This document shows positions 14,632 to 27,800 of a DNA stretch of 64,000 nt, piece after piece (position 1 is the first letter of the stretch; each line of letters starts with the position of its first letter). The notes beneath the pieces are model-generated. The model searched no databases. It was not told the DNA's origin and was given only the letters and a program-made list of their open reading frames with translations. A program made the translations under genes and the position numbers. The DNA lies in NCBI GenBank assembly GCA_965235115.1, contig OZ249436.1, forward strand, positions 53,632,001-53,696,000, in the 5' to 3' direction. Origin of the DNA: Laetmonice hystrix. Its lineage: Eukaryota.

Positions 14632-15284
14632 GCTGTAATGAAATAAGTATATAATATGCGCGAATGAAGAATTATAACATGTCAACCTTTCACCAGAGAA
14701 GGGTTTCGTGAAAGTTGCGAACAAACCTTAACTGTTTTACAAACGTAGTAATTAAAATTAAACATTGTTTAAAAAAATATTCTTTAATCATATGGGCTAT
14801 GTCAAATGCACTGGTAGCAGGCTATGGCTCTTATGGTTGTGTGTAAGTAGTCCTTCTCTAATGTTACACGCAATAGACAGCACTGGCAGGTTAGCAGACG
14901 ACAGCAAGGCAGCAAAGGACGTGAACCTGAAACTAAAAGTTCCGCTTGGATCATACGGGATATAATAGGGGCCTACCAGTTGATCTGTGTTCTTAATAGT
15001 ATAATATAGTGGGGGGTTCTTGCTTTGAGAGTGTCAAATTTTGATATCAACACTTTAAGACACGGTAAGGCACTAACTAAGGCGTAAGGGTAAGGCAGGG
15101 TCACACACACTGACTGAGACTCGCACTCACAGTCACAGTCACAGACACACAGAGTCACAGTACAGTCTGACACTGTGTCTGTGACACTGACAGTAGGCCT
15201 ACAGTCCGTTTGCTTAGGCTAAGTTTAGGCCTACCGGCTTTAGGTCAGCTTAGGGAAAGCTGGCATTGCCATTGCAATTTGGTA

Positions 15285-16310
15285 GGGGAGACCGGGGCGA
15301 AATGGGACAGGGGAGAAATGGGACACCCTCTCATTTTGTCAAAATTCATTATCAAATCGGGTTCAAAATAGCACGTGTCTTCTGCCCTACATCCGGTCCT
15401 GCCCATGTGGTCTTGGGGGGCATCATAACATAGAGTGGGCAAGTACTAGCATTAATTGACACATTTTTGCCTCTAAAACTTTTTTTTACACTTGAAATTT
15501 ATTTCTACTGTGCCCTAACTTCTCACTTGATAAAGCATAAAGGCAGTGTGACTGTGATTACAGTGCAACAAGATGACATTAAGGGGGCAAGGGTGCATGT
15601 TTTAATTATGTCTCTTGATTACAAATGCAATGACCGCCATTTTTTTTCTCGAAGTGACCCTGGGGAGAAATGGGACACAGGTCAGGGCCATAGCCTGCGG
15701 GGGGCAGGGGGCAGCTGCCCCCCTGGGATTTCCAGATTTTTTTTTTTTTTTTTTACCCACACCCCGGACCAGCTCGACTGGAGCATTGAGGCGCTATCAT
15801 TCAGCATGCCTACTGCCCCACCCCCGCGTATTTTGGCCAGGCTACGGCCCTGCAGGTGTCCCATTTCTCCCTGTTCTTCCACAGCAGTGTCCCATTTCTC
15901 CCTGGCACTTTCAAACTGATTCCATCTCTTCAAAAGACTGGAAAATATGCAGTGTTGATCTTGTATCAGAACAAATATATTAATATTGATCAAAGCAAAG
16001 TAAAATTAACATAATTATAGTAGCAGATAATAGCTTCATAGCAACTTTATCTGCCTTGTCCCATTTCTCCCACGGTGGTGTCCCATTTCTCCCTGGGGGT
16101 GTCCCATTTCTCCCCATGTATGTAAAAAGAAAAATACGGCAATGCGCAAAACTGAATCAAATTGTGGTATTAATGAATAGTACAAAGCAAGGGGCTATCA
16201 TTATTCTTCCTTCAGAAAACAGAAACATTTGATTATTCCTGATAATCTAGAAATAGTGAACACACATGTTTAGAGCTGATCCTAGTGTCCCATTTCTCCC
16301 CGGTCTCCCC
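15285..16310. mobile_element. Non-autonomous Tc1/mariner(pogo)-like element with TA flanks
   Basis: TIR GGGGAGACCGGGG(C/A)GAAATGGGACA and its reverse complement at the right end; TA at 15283-15284 and 16311-16312; internal copies of TGTCCCATTTCTCCC in both orientations. Confidence 0.8.
15683..15852. mobile_element. hAT-like MITE nested in the 15285-16310 element
   Basis: Ends CAGGGCCATAGCC ... GGCTACGGCCCTG; CAGGT duplicated at 15678-15682 and 15853-15857. Confidence 0.75.
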
Positions 16311-16375
16311 TACTGGTAATGGTAGCCCCCTGCTCTCAGCCATTCCCCCCTCTCTTTCCAATAAACCTGCATAAT

Positions 16376-16748
16376 CAGTGGGAAATCCAGGATTTGATTA
16401 GGGGGTGGGGCTCACCTAAACATTTTTTTTGCTACGCTCGCTACGCTCGGCATGAGTTCATTGTGGCTGTACTAGTATTAGTAATGCATCTTCATACAGT
16501 AACAAAAAAGGAAAATCTAAGACTAAGTCTAAGGCAGCTGAGCCTACTTGCTACTAATAGAACATTAATTTTGATCAAAAGGTCGGCACCGAAACTCTTC
16601 AGTTTGATGCTGAGACGCCGGCAAATAGCATCTATAACATTAGGCTTTTTATATTCCCAAACATTTTCAGTCGGAGCCCTCCCCCCCCCCTCGGCGCGGG
16701 AAGCTTCTGACGCCCCCCCCCCTGCAAAAAATCCTGGATCCGCCCCTG
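16376..16748. mobile_element. hAT-like MITE (CAG..GGATCC family)
   Basis: Ends CAGTGGGAAATCCAGG ... CCTGGATCCGCCCCTG; flanks CATAAT and CATAAA. Related copies at about 17075-17670 and 43728-43890. Confidence 0.65.
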
Positions 16749-17763
16749 CATAAAGTGAGCACTTTAATAGAGTCTAGGCCTAAGCTAATGTAATGCACAA
16801 AATAGACTATAGCCAAATAAGGAATATGACACATGTCAAACAGTCGGCAAGTGCAATAGTAAGAGATATTAAGTAAGAAACTGGATCATAAATTGTGTGG
16901 TGGCAGCCAGAAAAGATATCAACCGTGTTGCACTAACTTGATTAGTTAAGCTATAAGGCCAGGGTCTTCCATATTTTTTCCCCATAGACTAGTTAGGCCT
17001 AGGCCCTACCATTCAGTTGCTGGCCAGCATATCACAGATAAGATATGATAGTAATCTTCTTTAGTTATCCTTACCAGGGGCGGATCTAGGGTCTAGATAT
17101 TTAGGGGAGGGGGGGGGGGTCCTAGGGGGCTCCAGCATAAAAAGGGCAAAATCGAGGGGGGGGGGGGGTCCATTGTAAAAACAATAACAAGGGATTTTGG
17201 TTATAAAAAGTTAAATTTGGCAAATTTGAGTTTTGATCAGTTTTGATCATCATGATCTGTCGTGGTTACGGTACTACACATCGACTATGGCTAGATGGAG
17301 ACACCTGTCTGCATGTGCTGACGTGATGCAGTCCTGCCATCTGTTGCGACTTTCCGGAACCTGCCTCCAGGGAGGCGTACATGATGTAGCCTCCATGAGA
17401 CAACTTCTCTGACTGAAGGCTGCTTTAAGCTTTGCGCCTCCTGAACCAAGTAGGCCTATGCGTCTTCCAACAAATAAAAACCAGATGGAATGAATTAAAT
17501 ATTTTATTAATATTTAAGAATCCTTAAAACAAATGCACACATATCTCATTATAGGCCTAGTACTGCCCAAAACAACAGTCGAACTCAAAGTTGTTGGTTT
17601 TTCTTTTTTCTGTTTTTCTCTTTCTTTGATGGTGCACCCCCTCCCTCCAGGGTACCTGGATCTGCCCCTCGTTCATGATGTAAACTGATTAGGCCTATAA
17701 TATAGATTGTTAGAGTCCCTACCATTGTCAAACAGATCTATGGACCATTGGTTTTCTCGGCCA

Positions 17764-17797
17764 CCACTAGGGGGCTCAGCCACCACTAGGGGGCACT
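17764..17797 (+). promoter_or_regulatory. Tandem pair of CTCF-like motifs between the divergent C17orf75 and MEIOB genes
   Basis: CCACTAGGGGGCTC and CCACTAGGGGGCAC, 19 bp apart; both fit the CCACYAGRKGGC core. Confidence 0.55.
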
Positions 17798-18845
17798 ACT
17801 GCATGTTTTTCGCGTCAGGGTCACCTTCCGATTATTAATGGAAACATTGATTCCCACGAAATTGGGGGTTTGAAAATGGGATCAGATGAGGGGGCCAGTA
17901 TTTTGGGTAGTATGGGTAGGGATAATGGCTGGGAATAGTGTTAGCTGTAGCTCTTGCCACCAAATCTCGTCGACATATTAATATAGGGCTCCATAGGCCA
18001 TGGTGGCACCATGGGGAGCTTCCCACGTTTCACAGTGTAGAGTGGTATTCTTCCGTTGCTGTTGCCAATGGCAATGTATTCAACAGCGTAAATGTGGTTG
18101 TGAAGCTCACTCAATACGAGGGGAATTGCTGTGATACAAAAATTTCTCTTTTCAAACCCCCTGACGGGCCCTCCATTATGAAAAATGCCTATAGACCTTA
18201 TCATTACTCGTTCGTAACCCCGAAGCCCCCCCCCCCCCCGCACTCCCTGACTCCCTCCTCAAATTATTCCTCTGTATCGAATTATTCCTCTGTATGGTCC
18301 TGAACAACACAGCTGTTATAATTATTATTTTTGAAGCATCTTTTTGAATTTAGTGAAATGCCTGACAATTGAAAGGGTTGCATGAAAACAAGTCATTCAG
18401 ATTAAAACAATCCTTCACATAAGATTTTAAATAATCGATTCGTTTTAAACGGATTCAAACAGTCTCAAGGCACATCAGATGCGTTATCTTTAAAGTGCAG
18501 TCATCTATTATATTTATAGCAGTAATCTCGTACTTCTGGCATGAATGAAAAGAAATGAAGTCTTTAGTATACTAGGAGAAAGGTCTGCCTAATTAATGTA
18601 ATAATGGCATTTTCTCATATATGAACTGAAGTTAGGTGGCAGTAGTCTTGTCTATTTTAATATCATGTGTAATTCAAGATACTTTTCATAGCCAACAATT
18701 TACATCACAGGGACTGAGGGTTGCACGGGCCATGCCGATTGCGGGACCAACTACTTTCTACTGCATCGCTATGCCTATAGGCCTATTGTAGAAAAAAGTT
18801 CACAGATCTGATCAAGCGAACTTGAATTATTCTATATGCCAGATA

Positions 18846-21800
18846 ATGGCGTGGTCTGGTAGCTCTCAAGACAGATTTATTGATCTCGGGTCTCGCATGA
18901 CGATAGCAAGTTTGACGCCCGGTATTTCTAGTGGTGTAAGTAGCTCTGTTGTGCAATAGATATGATAGTTATTTGATCAATTTTAGTGCTCAAATGTGTT
19001 ACAGTTCTAATGGTTAAAATTACTGTAGCAGTGTATGTAAAGTATATGTAGGGCGTACATCCCGCGAGTGTTGATATTCCACGTGGGGGGGGGGGGGGGT
19101 CGTCTTTTTATGTTTGCTGTGTACGCGCACTTTGCCTAGTTAGCCTCGGCAACACCCTTGTCTGAATAGTGCCCCATGAAAGTTTGTGCATTTGTGTTGT
19201 TTTGTGGCCCTGTAATGTGACTTGCACTTGAAATCTCATATGATAATTTTCACATTGACATCTCAATTATTGTAGAAACTTATTGGAGTGGTAATTGCCA
19301 GGGGAGACCCGAGGTGCGTTGCCATTAAGAAAGGTAAATGAAGGTGCCATGATTGATAAAAGTTTACTTCTCTTCTCACATCTCTAGACTTTATATTGTC
19401 AATAATTCAGAGTAAAGATCTGAATGGGTCACTCAAGTACCCCCCCCCCAAAAAAAAGAAGAAAAGTTAAAAAAAGAGGAAATTATTATGGGCTTGGGCA
19501 ACTGATTACCAGTTACTCATTTCTCCCACAGCTTAAAACTCGGGGGAAGGGGGGGGGGGGCGGCTGAATTTGTTCTTCACCAATCAGAAATTCTGGATTC
19601 ATCGGAAAATTACATACCGGTAATGCTTTCACTATAGAAATGTACTTTACTTGCCTCTAGTATGTTAAAATCATACTTTGTCCTATAAAACTATAATTGA
19701 TCAGATCCAGGGCAGCAGCGGCATGTGATGAGTTTCACGCTCCGTGATTCGCCAGAAGACTTCATCAATATCACATGTTGGGGAGACGAGAAGTATATTG
19801 AGGAAGTGGCTGTTCAGGTTCATATTGACGATGTCGGTAAGTTACACCAAACCAGTCATAATCAACTCGTAATCATCGCATGAGGAGGTTGTGAGAGACA
19901 GAAATACGGTACTCGGAGGGGAATATCCTCCAAACATCAACTGTGGCTTCTTTTTTCCTCCGTCTTCTTCACTATCTTCTTACGTCTTCTCCTGCTGTCT
20001 TCTTTGTTAAATTAAAATTAAATTTAAAAAAAATAAAAATATTGAAGCCAGATTACCCCCATGTAAGTATCGGAGGCTTTTAATGTTACCGAAACTCACA
20101 TTTTCTCAATTAAATGACATGTTAACATTGATTGACATAAATGACATTCCCACTAGAGCACATGAAGCCATTCTACTTTATGTCCCGAGGCCCAATCGTC
20201 CGTTATTTAAGAAGTCAAACTTAATTATATAATAATAATTTAGAAAAAGATCCGCCATCCAGCGCCTGCGCCCCAATTCTTATGGTTTATAAATACGGTA
20301 CCTTTTATGAAATCAGACTATGGTGAGACATAAAATACATTATTACATTTGCTGATGGTACATGTTAATCATTAAGGTACCAGTAATTTTGTTATCGGTG
20401 ATTCATATCTCATAATGATAGACTTATTCCTCAGTTTCAATTTGTAGCAGAAAGGAAAATGAGTAGTTAACGTCACTTGCGTGGCATTTACAGTGGATGG
20501 CTTTCTTCACTGACGTTCATAAATAATGGTTGCGTGTCAGCTTAGATTGATCATTTTAAAATTTTAGTTGAAGTCGAACAATATGTCGTTCAGTCTAAGC
20601 CTAATGATGGTACGGACGAGAAATTCAGACCTACCACACCAAGGTACGATATCTCAGCGATACGTTTCCCTGCTTTTGAAAGAAACAGACGGGTAAAGTA
20701 ATCCTGTAAATATCTTTTTTTGAAGTAAAAGGGTGTGGGGTATGGGCCGGGGGACAGGTTAGACTAAACATAGAAACAAGAAAATAGACAGCTTTTGCTG
20801 TCATCGTTTAATGGCAATTTATGGTAATGAAATACACCTTTATACCAGTGGGCGATCTAACGGTTGAATTACCAAATATTGTAATAAAATAGGTAGAACA
20901 TACGCCTTTAGACTTGGGTACAATTGATTCGTCATAGCTCTAATTTTACCATGAGCAATAAATAACATCTATGTTTGATATTTAGTATTTAGTAAACTTA
21001 GAATTTGTACTAGGTTTGTTAAAGGCATTAGTACCTGACATGCTTGAAAGCATGTTCTTTTTATATCTTGAGCAGTTTGTGTCATCTTAGTCTGAGCGAC
21101 AAAAGGTCGACAATTAAATTGTACTGTGGCCCGGATCTTGCTGAATACAAGAGACTTTCGCACATTCCGGCAAAGGCCAGCAATGATTACTACACCATCG
21201 GCGACGTACTGAGCAATGGGGAACATCTACAAGGGGAGATCATTAGCCTCCAGGCGGCTGTCAGAAATGTACGTTGATAATGTTTCCTAAATTCATATTT
21301 CACACAACCAGTAGGAATAACAACACTATAATTCGAGCAAATATGCATATTCACAGTCGTTTAGATTTGTAGGGTAATGCATTAATTGCTTTCTTTGGTC
21401 CAGGTAGGAGCGATAAGGAAAATTGTAACGAAGACGGCCAAACAGATGAAATGCTGTGAAGTGAAACTCTTCGACGAGACAGCATCAAACTTCATTCTTA
21501 CTTTGTGAGTAACAAGACATGCAGTCATATAAGGAAAAGATAGAGGTAGACATTACGCAGGTTTTCTCCTTCAAGTATAAAATGCCATTTCTTGTGACTT
21601 GTAGTTTAAAAGAAAAATTTCTCGCATTCAACTGTGATGTGAAAAAAGGATGTGCGTGCTCCATAATTAAAGTTTTTTTGGTATATCTTTTTGAATGTTG
21701 CGACCATTTCTGATTAGGTGGAACGAAGAAATCATATCTGCTGCTCAGACCTGGATTCCAAAGGAAAATGGTAAGGAACATGAGTTCTTCGAAAATTGCT

Positions 21801-24800
21801 TTACCTTTTGATTGTCACACCCGATCCAGAGCAGCAGTAATACGACCTAACTCCTAAATCAGGGTTCCGACCATGGCGGTGTATATCGAAGGCAGAGAGC
21901 GTTTTACCATGGGACCCCCCCCCCCAAGTTTCCCCTTTCATCCAAAAGCATTTGTTGCCGTGAGGTGTTCTCTTTCTGCTCTATTGTTGCCCGACAGAAT
22001 CAGAAAATGGCCGATTGTTGTTAGTTCAAGATGAACTCTTGAAGAAAACAAAACTATTGCAATGATGTTCAATGTATTTATTAAATAAATATATATTAAA
22101 AACACAACTAAACACTTCACCAACAAAAGAACAGATGCAATGTTCTTCCACAACACTACGCTGACTTTCAAGAAAGAGAGACAGAAAAAAAGGAAAAAAA
22201 GAAGAAGACTTTACCGTGGTTTGGGGGGGGGGGGGGGGGGCAGATGATGCGCGCAGGGACAAGAAACGAAACTTCTTTTGGCCTAAAAATGTAGTGTTTA
22301 CCTGTCCAAAAATAGCATGTTAAAAGAAACGTCCACCGCCAGTGCGTACAGGCCAGGCACACAGGCCGTGATATTCTAAGCAATTTAAAAAAGATTTGAA
22401 CACAATTGGTAGTTAAAAGCACTTTAGTGCCGGAGCCTGCTTAGAACCTACTCTGCTGCTGGTGGCGGCCATAGCTGTCTGCTCCTTGGGCTAATCTCAC
22501 ATTGCGCATGCTCCGACCACTGCTTTCCAGTTTGGGAGGAACGAAAAACTGACGCACCTGTTGCGTTGAGCGAACGTTGACAGCTTATTTATATAAGCAA
22601 AATTTGTTAGAACATAGACGAAAACCATCGATCATAGTGATGAGGAATGGCTAGGAATTAAGCCTACCGATGTCAGGGGATATATCAGGGTGGACACGGA
22701 TCTGGGCAAGCTCCAGCCTTGGGTTTCGGCCGCCTGAATTCAACTCGTCCCGCTCGGAGACTGTGCGATGTTGACGGAGCCCAGGTCCACTTGGCCGGGG
22801 GCCGGGCCCTGACTCCGACCCGTCACCGCGGGCGGGTGCTGGCAGTGTCAGACTCCTGTGGTCAGTTCAGCACAGACCTGTTGCGTTTAGGCCTAGTTGT
22901 GACTGTGACTGTGGGACTGACCCCCGTCGATTTGCCACCCGCCTCGGCTGCTTTAGCCTAGTGTAGCCTAGCCCCGGCATGCAATAGATTAGCCCTGGAA
23001 CATCACTTCCGGCCAGCCCAATAGCAACAAATGGCTGCGCCGCTGAAGCCAGTGATTTTGACATGGTTGTCATGTTCAACTTATGACTTCTTGGAATAGG
23101 GGGACATTTATTTCCAACCATTAGTCTGAAAGGTGAGTGTATATAGAGGCCTTGCAGCTGTTCAAATGTGATTTTTGACTGGACTTCTCCTTTAAGCAAG
23201 TTTGGGCTTATAGCGTTTTGAGACCCGACAATGTTCAATACTAATCTTATTTAGACACTACAATACGTAAAATACGTTTTTCCTAGTGATTTTCGCAGCT
23301 GACGTAAGAATAGCATATGATGATTTCAAGAAGTCAATGGTAGCTACAGCCAACAGCAAAACAATTGTCACCGTTAACCCTGGTAAGTAGCACGAATAAT
23401 CATGGTCTCTAGGATTCAGAGTAGTGTAGTTTAGTGGCAGACGTAAAGGGCCGTAGATTTATGATGCAATTCATGTCTCATAAATTATACCACCGAAATT
23501 ATTATATAATACATGTTTTCATCCATTATAATTATAAGGTTATTAAAGGCATAACAAATTTGCAATGTCATCATCCGAATCTTTACAGATACCAGAGAGG
23601 CTCGTAGTTTGTATATGTATGCTCAGACGAAAGAACTGGATGACACAAATGACCCTACAGTGAAAAATGAAAAAATAGACGGTAAGTCATTGCATTATTT
23701 ATGTCAGAAATTATATCAGATTATTGGGAACGTATACATGTACATCAAACGTGAGATTATGTATGAAACGAAGCACTGCAGGTGGAGTTCTTGGGATGCA
23801 GTTTTTATGATGAAATGCACTTTGTTAGAACTAAGTAAACTCCGCCAAGTCGCCACTTTTGGGACCAGCGTTTTTGTGTCGGCACAAATTATGAAAACAA
23901 TGACGGCTATAGGGCATCTCCAGTTAAATATATACGTAGCTGCAGTGTATATCATGCTACTCAAAGATATTTAATCAAATCAAGAGATACGACAAAAACC
24001 ACCGGTAGGTAGCAGTACGTCACATTTGTGACGTTCCGAGGCTCATAATCTACCAGCACCTTCTCGCCATGATTAGAACACGGTGAGAAACAGATGCCTG
24101 CTTAAAAGGTTCATTTTCCAGTACTACTCACTGGGCGGCCGGGCTTACGTAGCTCGGGATTCCCCGTGTCGACTTCGAGGTAGAAATTTAAACGTTACTT
24201 GGGGCCAGACTCGGTGCGTCGGCTTAGGCCAAGTGGCGACTTACAAGTGTCGGCTTTGACGATGTATAGAATCCCTAACATTAGTAGACCAAATCGGAAC
24301 TTTTGGAATTGCGTCGACTGATTTTTCGGCTTACATGCTGGCGACTTAGGCGGAGTTTGTAAGCCCTACATGTATAATTCTACATTTTTGTTATTTGTTG
24401 ACAATATTATGATTATAATTAATTTATAACTCGGTCTGAACGGTGAACGTGTCTGTCCATAAATTATTTGAGTAGCAATATCGCATAGATCTGCGATGAT
24501 ACGTAGTTCATTTCCAGTTGAGTCCATCCGAAACGTCTGCACAGTGGAGCAGGTGAAAGCAAAGGATACTCTGACACCAGATGGCAGCAATGGTTATGCG
24601 GTTCTCTATGCGTATATCTCAAAGTTTAACATAGATGACGGTGCACCGGTCAGCGTAGTTCGATGGTGGGTATTAGTTGTAATCTCACTATACTAAATAG
24701 TCTATTGCTATTTTCAAAGAACGTATAATTATCATCTGAAAGCACGTTACCGTATTTAAGTACCAAAGCTTGACACTAGGTGGCAGTATCAGCAGTTATT

Positions 24801-27800
24801 TAGAGCGTCTCAGTCAACATGTAGTACATGTACTTAGGGCAGCGAGACATCTGTTTGTTTGTAATTCTTTATTCGCACGAGAACATGCACATGTCGTATC
24901 GATTTAATTTGAGTTTTTGCTGACATTTCGAACACCCTGTAGAGTACAACTGATTGGTATAAAAGTTTGGATTATGAACCACATATTAACACACCTTGAA
25001 TGCTTGATGGGGGGAAGGTTGAGAAGCACTGACAAGGTGACCGATGCCATAATTTTGTTCAAAAGATAATTAACAATTTCCCATTGTAGTTTTAATAGTG
25101 TCTAATATATTGTTATAGGTCTCCGTTGAGATACTTTACAGCCATGCCTCAATAACACAGCGTTAGGCCTACTGTACATAGGGCACACTGTGATTGCCAT
25201 GGTGTCAATGTTATTTCAAGATGAAATTGTCGGTTTTTGTTCCATCCGCGAAGAGAATATAATTGACTATGACACAAAGCAGGACAAATTCCGAACACCC
25301 CCTTCCCCCGTCGTTGGTAACTTTAACCTGTTATGGGAGATCGTCCGTTTTGAAAGTTGACTACAGGTATACAGTAAGCCCATGGAAACGAGGCAACATC
25401 GTCACTAATGGAAGTGCAAGTGTATGAAGAAGGACAAGAAAAAGAAGAAGCCTCTTCGTGCCATGGGTTGGAATTGAGAGAGAATATTCCATCAGTAAAA
25501 ATATTCTATGTGCCAGCAGCCAGATAAAATAAATGGCGGTTCCTGGCATGAACAGGGCTTCTGTATTTCGGACCTGTATGGGTATAATATTTGATAAATG
25601 AAGCCTTTGCAGTTGACCCGAAAGAGGGGCAAGTAGGTAAATAGGCTTGAAACTACCTTTGGGTGTAATTCACTTTCGCTAGATCGCTGTTCCGTTGTGC
25701 CTTTTTAATTAACTACAAACTATAAAATGAAGTAGTGCTAGCCTATAGTGTCACAATGCACCAGAGGTGATTTCATCGCCGTTTGGGGGCCAGAGACACT
25801 GGTCCCCTGCCTAACACTGACAAGCGGAAGGAAGTTGCTCAGGGTCCAAGCAGAGGACTTCCGCTTCCGTTGCGTTGGTTAGCGTCACAATGGAGTAAAC
25901 GATCTCGGCTGGTGAGTGGGCAACATATGCAGAACCGTATACCTAGCAAGGGGTGTGTGTGTGTGTGTGTGGGGGGGGGGGGGTGTGTGGGGGGGGGGGG
26001 AGCTGCCCTAGTAGGCTAATCATGGAGAAAATTGCCCTTTTTTCAAGCACTTTTCCAAACCAACTACCCTAAAAATTCAAGCACTTTTCAAGGGTTTCAA
26101 GGAGCGTACTAACCCTGAGACCGGAGCCTGGCGTAGGAATTGATGACACTATGTTTACACCCAGAAAAGCGAGAACATTTACAACGTGTCCTAGATTATG
26201 TAGGCCTAAATGAGTAGAAATAGCCATCACACTGATACCTAAACCAGTGTTATGTCACAATATCTCCATTGGTTTAACATGGGATGAGAAAACACATTTT
26301 CAAACATCGACCAGATTTTTGTCAATTAAAAAATAAAAAGTATTCATTCATCCGTAAAACAGGTTAGTGCTCTTGCTTTGCAGGGTACAGAAATGAAAGC
26401 GCCCCAACCATTAAATAACATTTATAAGTTGACACTCGCCGGCTCCTGGGATTCGCAATGCAGAGTGAGGAGATTATGTGCCAAACTCGATTGTTGTACT
26501 TTCTCTTGTTTTCTTTCTTGTTAACCCACTTGCGTCCCCTATATGTAGTCAATAGGGACCAGTCTAAGGGGCCATAGTGTCATTTGACACCATTCCTTGG
26601 GCCGGGGCCTGACGTAGAAAGGGAAATGGGATCGGTTGTTGCCCTGCAACACCTTGTCTCTAGTTATGAATTCAATTTGGAATGCAATTCTTTTATGTAC
26701 ATGTGCTATTGAAAGAGAACCTCATCATGGTTATGCGATGCTGCAGAACGTCATTGCAAACATTCCCCGTGTTACCGTGTTTCTTTCTTGTCTGCGAGGG
26801 CATCTGTTTGGTCAAAAACCTATTCACAATCCTGGCTTTATAATCTACCAACAGCGGGGCCAATTGCATTGACATTTGCCTTTCTTCTCTTTCTACAGCG
26901 CAAAATGTCACTGTCGGGTTGACAATGATACGCTGATGTGTGCTAATGGCAGCTGTCCCCAGGGTGCTTTAATCAACGACGGGGCCAAACTTGAGACAGA
27001 GAATCAGTACAATATCGCGATCAGTCTCACTGACCGCACGGGAACCATCGCCCCATGTTATCTAACCCCCGAGGCCGCACAACATATGCTTGAGTCCACC
27101 GTAAGTCACCTGCTCCTGCTCTCGGTTACAGGCCGACATTGTAAAGTTCTCTCACAAACACGTGACAAAGGCCAGGGAACGCTGTATTTAAATCACTTCG
27201 TTAGTAGGGCATTTGTGATTCTGTTACAACCTGGTTCATACTTGCCCACTCCGCTTTGGTCGGCGAGTGACCGCCAAGTAGTCGGCGAAGACACGTTTTT
27301 AGGTGATTCCAAAGGCATTGCGCGTGCCTAGGTCCTACTCCAGATACAAACGGTTTCGCAAGGCTATTTCAGACGCATTTCGGATACTAAATGTTTGTGT
27401 CGCGGACGGCTCGTGCTCCAACTACACGAGTAGTAACGCAATCCGGAACAAAGTTAAATTTTGGTTATGTCGAACGGATTACAGACGGATTTGCCGCGCG
27501 CACAGGGTCGTCCGGGTGAAATGCGCAATGCGAGTCGACTTCGGATAGGTGCGCTTTCCGCTCGTCACTTTTTACTTCCGCAACACTGTCTGGCTCTGGT
27601 CCGGCGACCACATTTCGCGTTGCACATGTAGCTCGGCGAACAAGTATGAATTGGCCTTATATTATAAGACGGTAAAAAGAGCTTGATTAGGTTACGACGC
27701 CGAAATATTCCAGATCCAGCGTGCCATGTATGGAAATTTACTTAACTGCAGTCTGGAGGGTAGAACCGAGAATGGTACTTGTCACTTGTTTCTTGGTGAA

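Noticed and set aside
14220..15200. CAGTGA/GTCACA-rich low-complexity tracts around C17orf75 exon 1
   Set aside because: Degenerate simple repeats also seen inside transposons here; no specific function can be supported.
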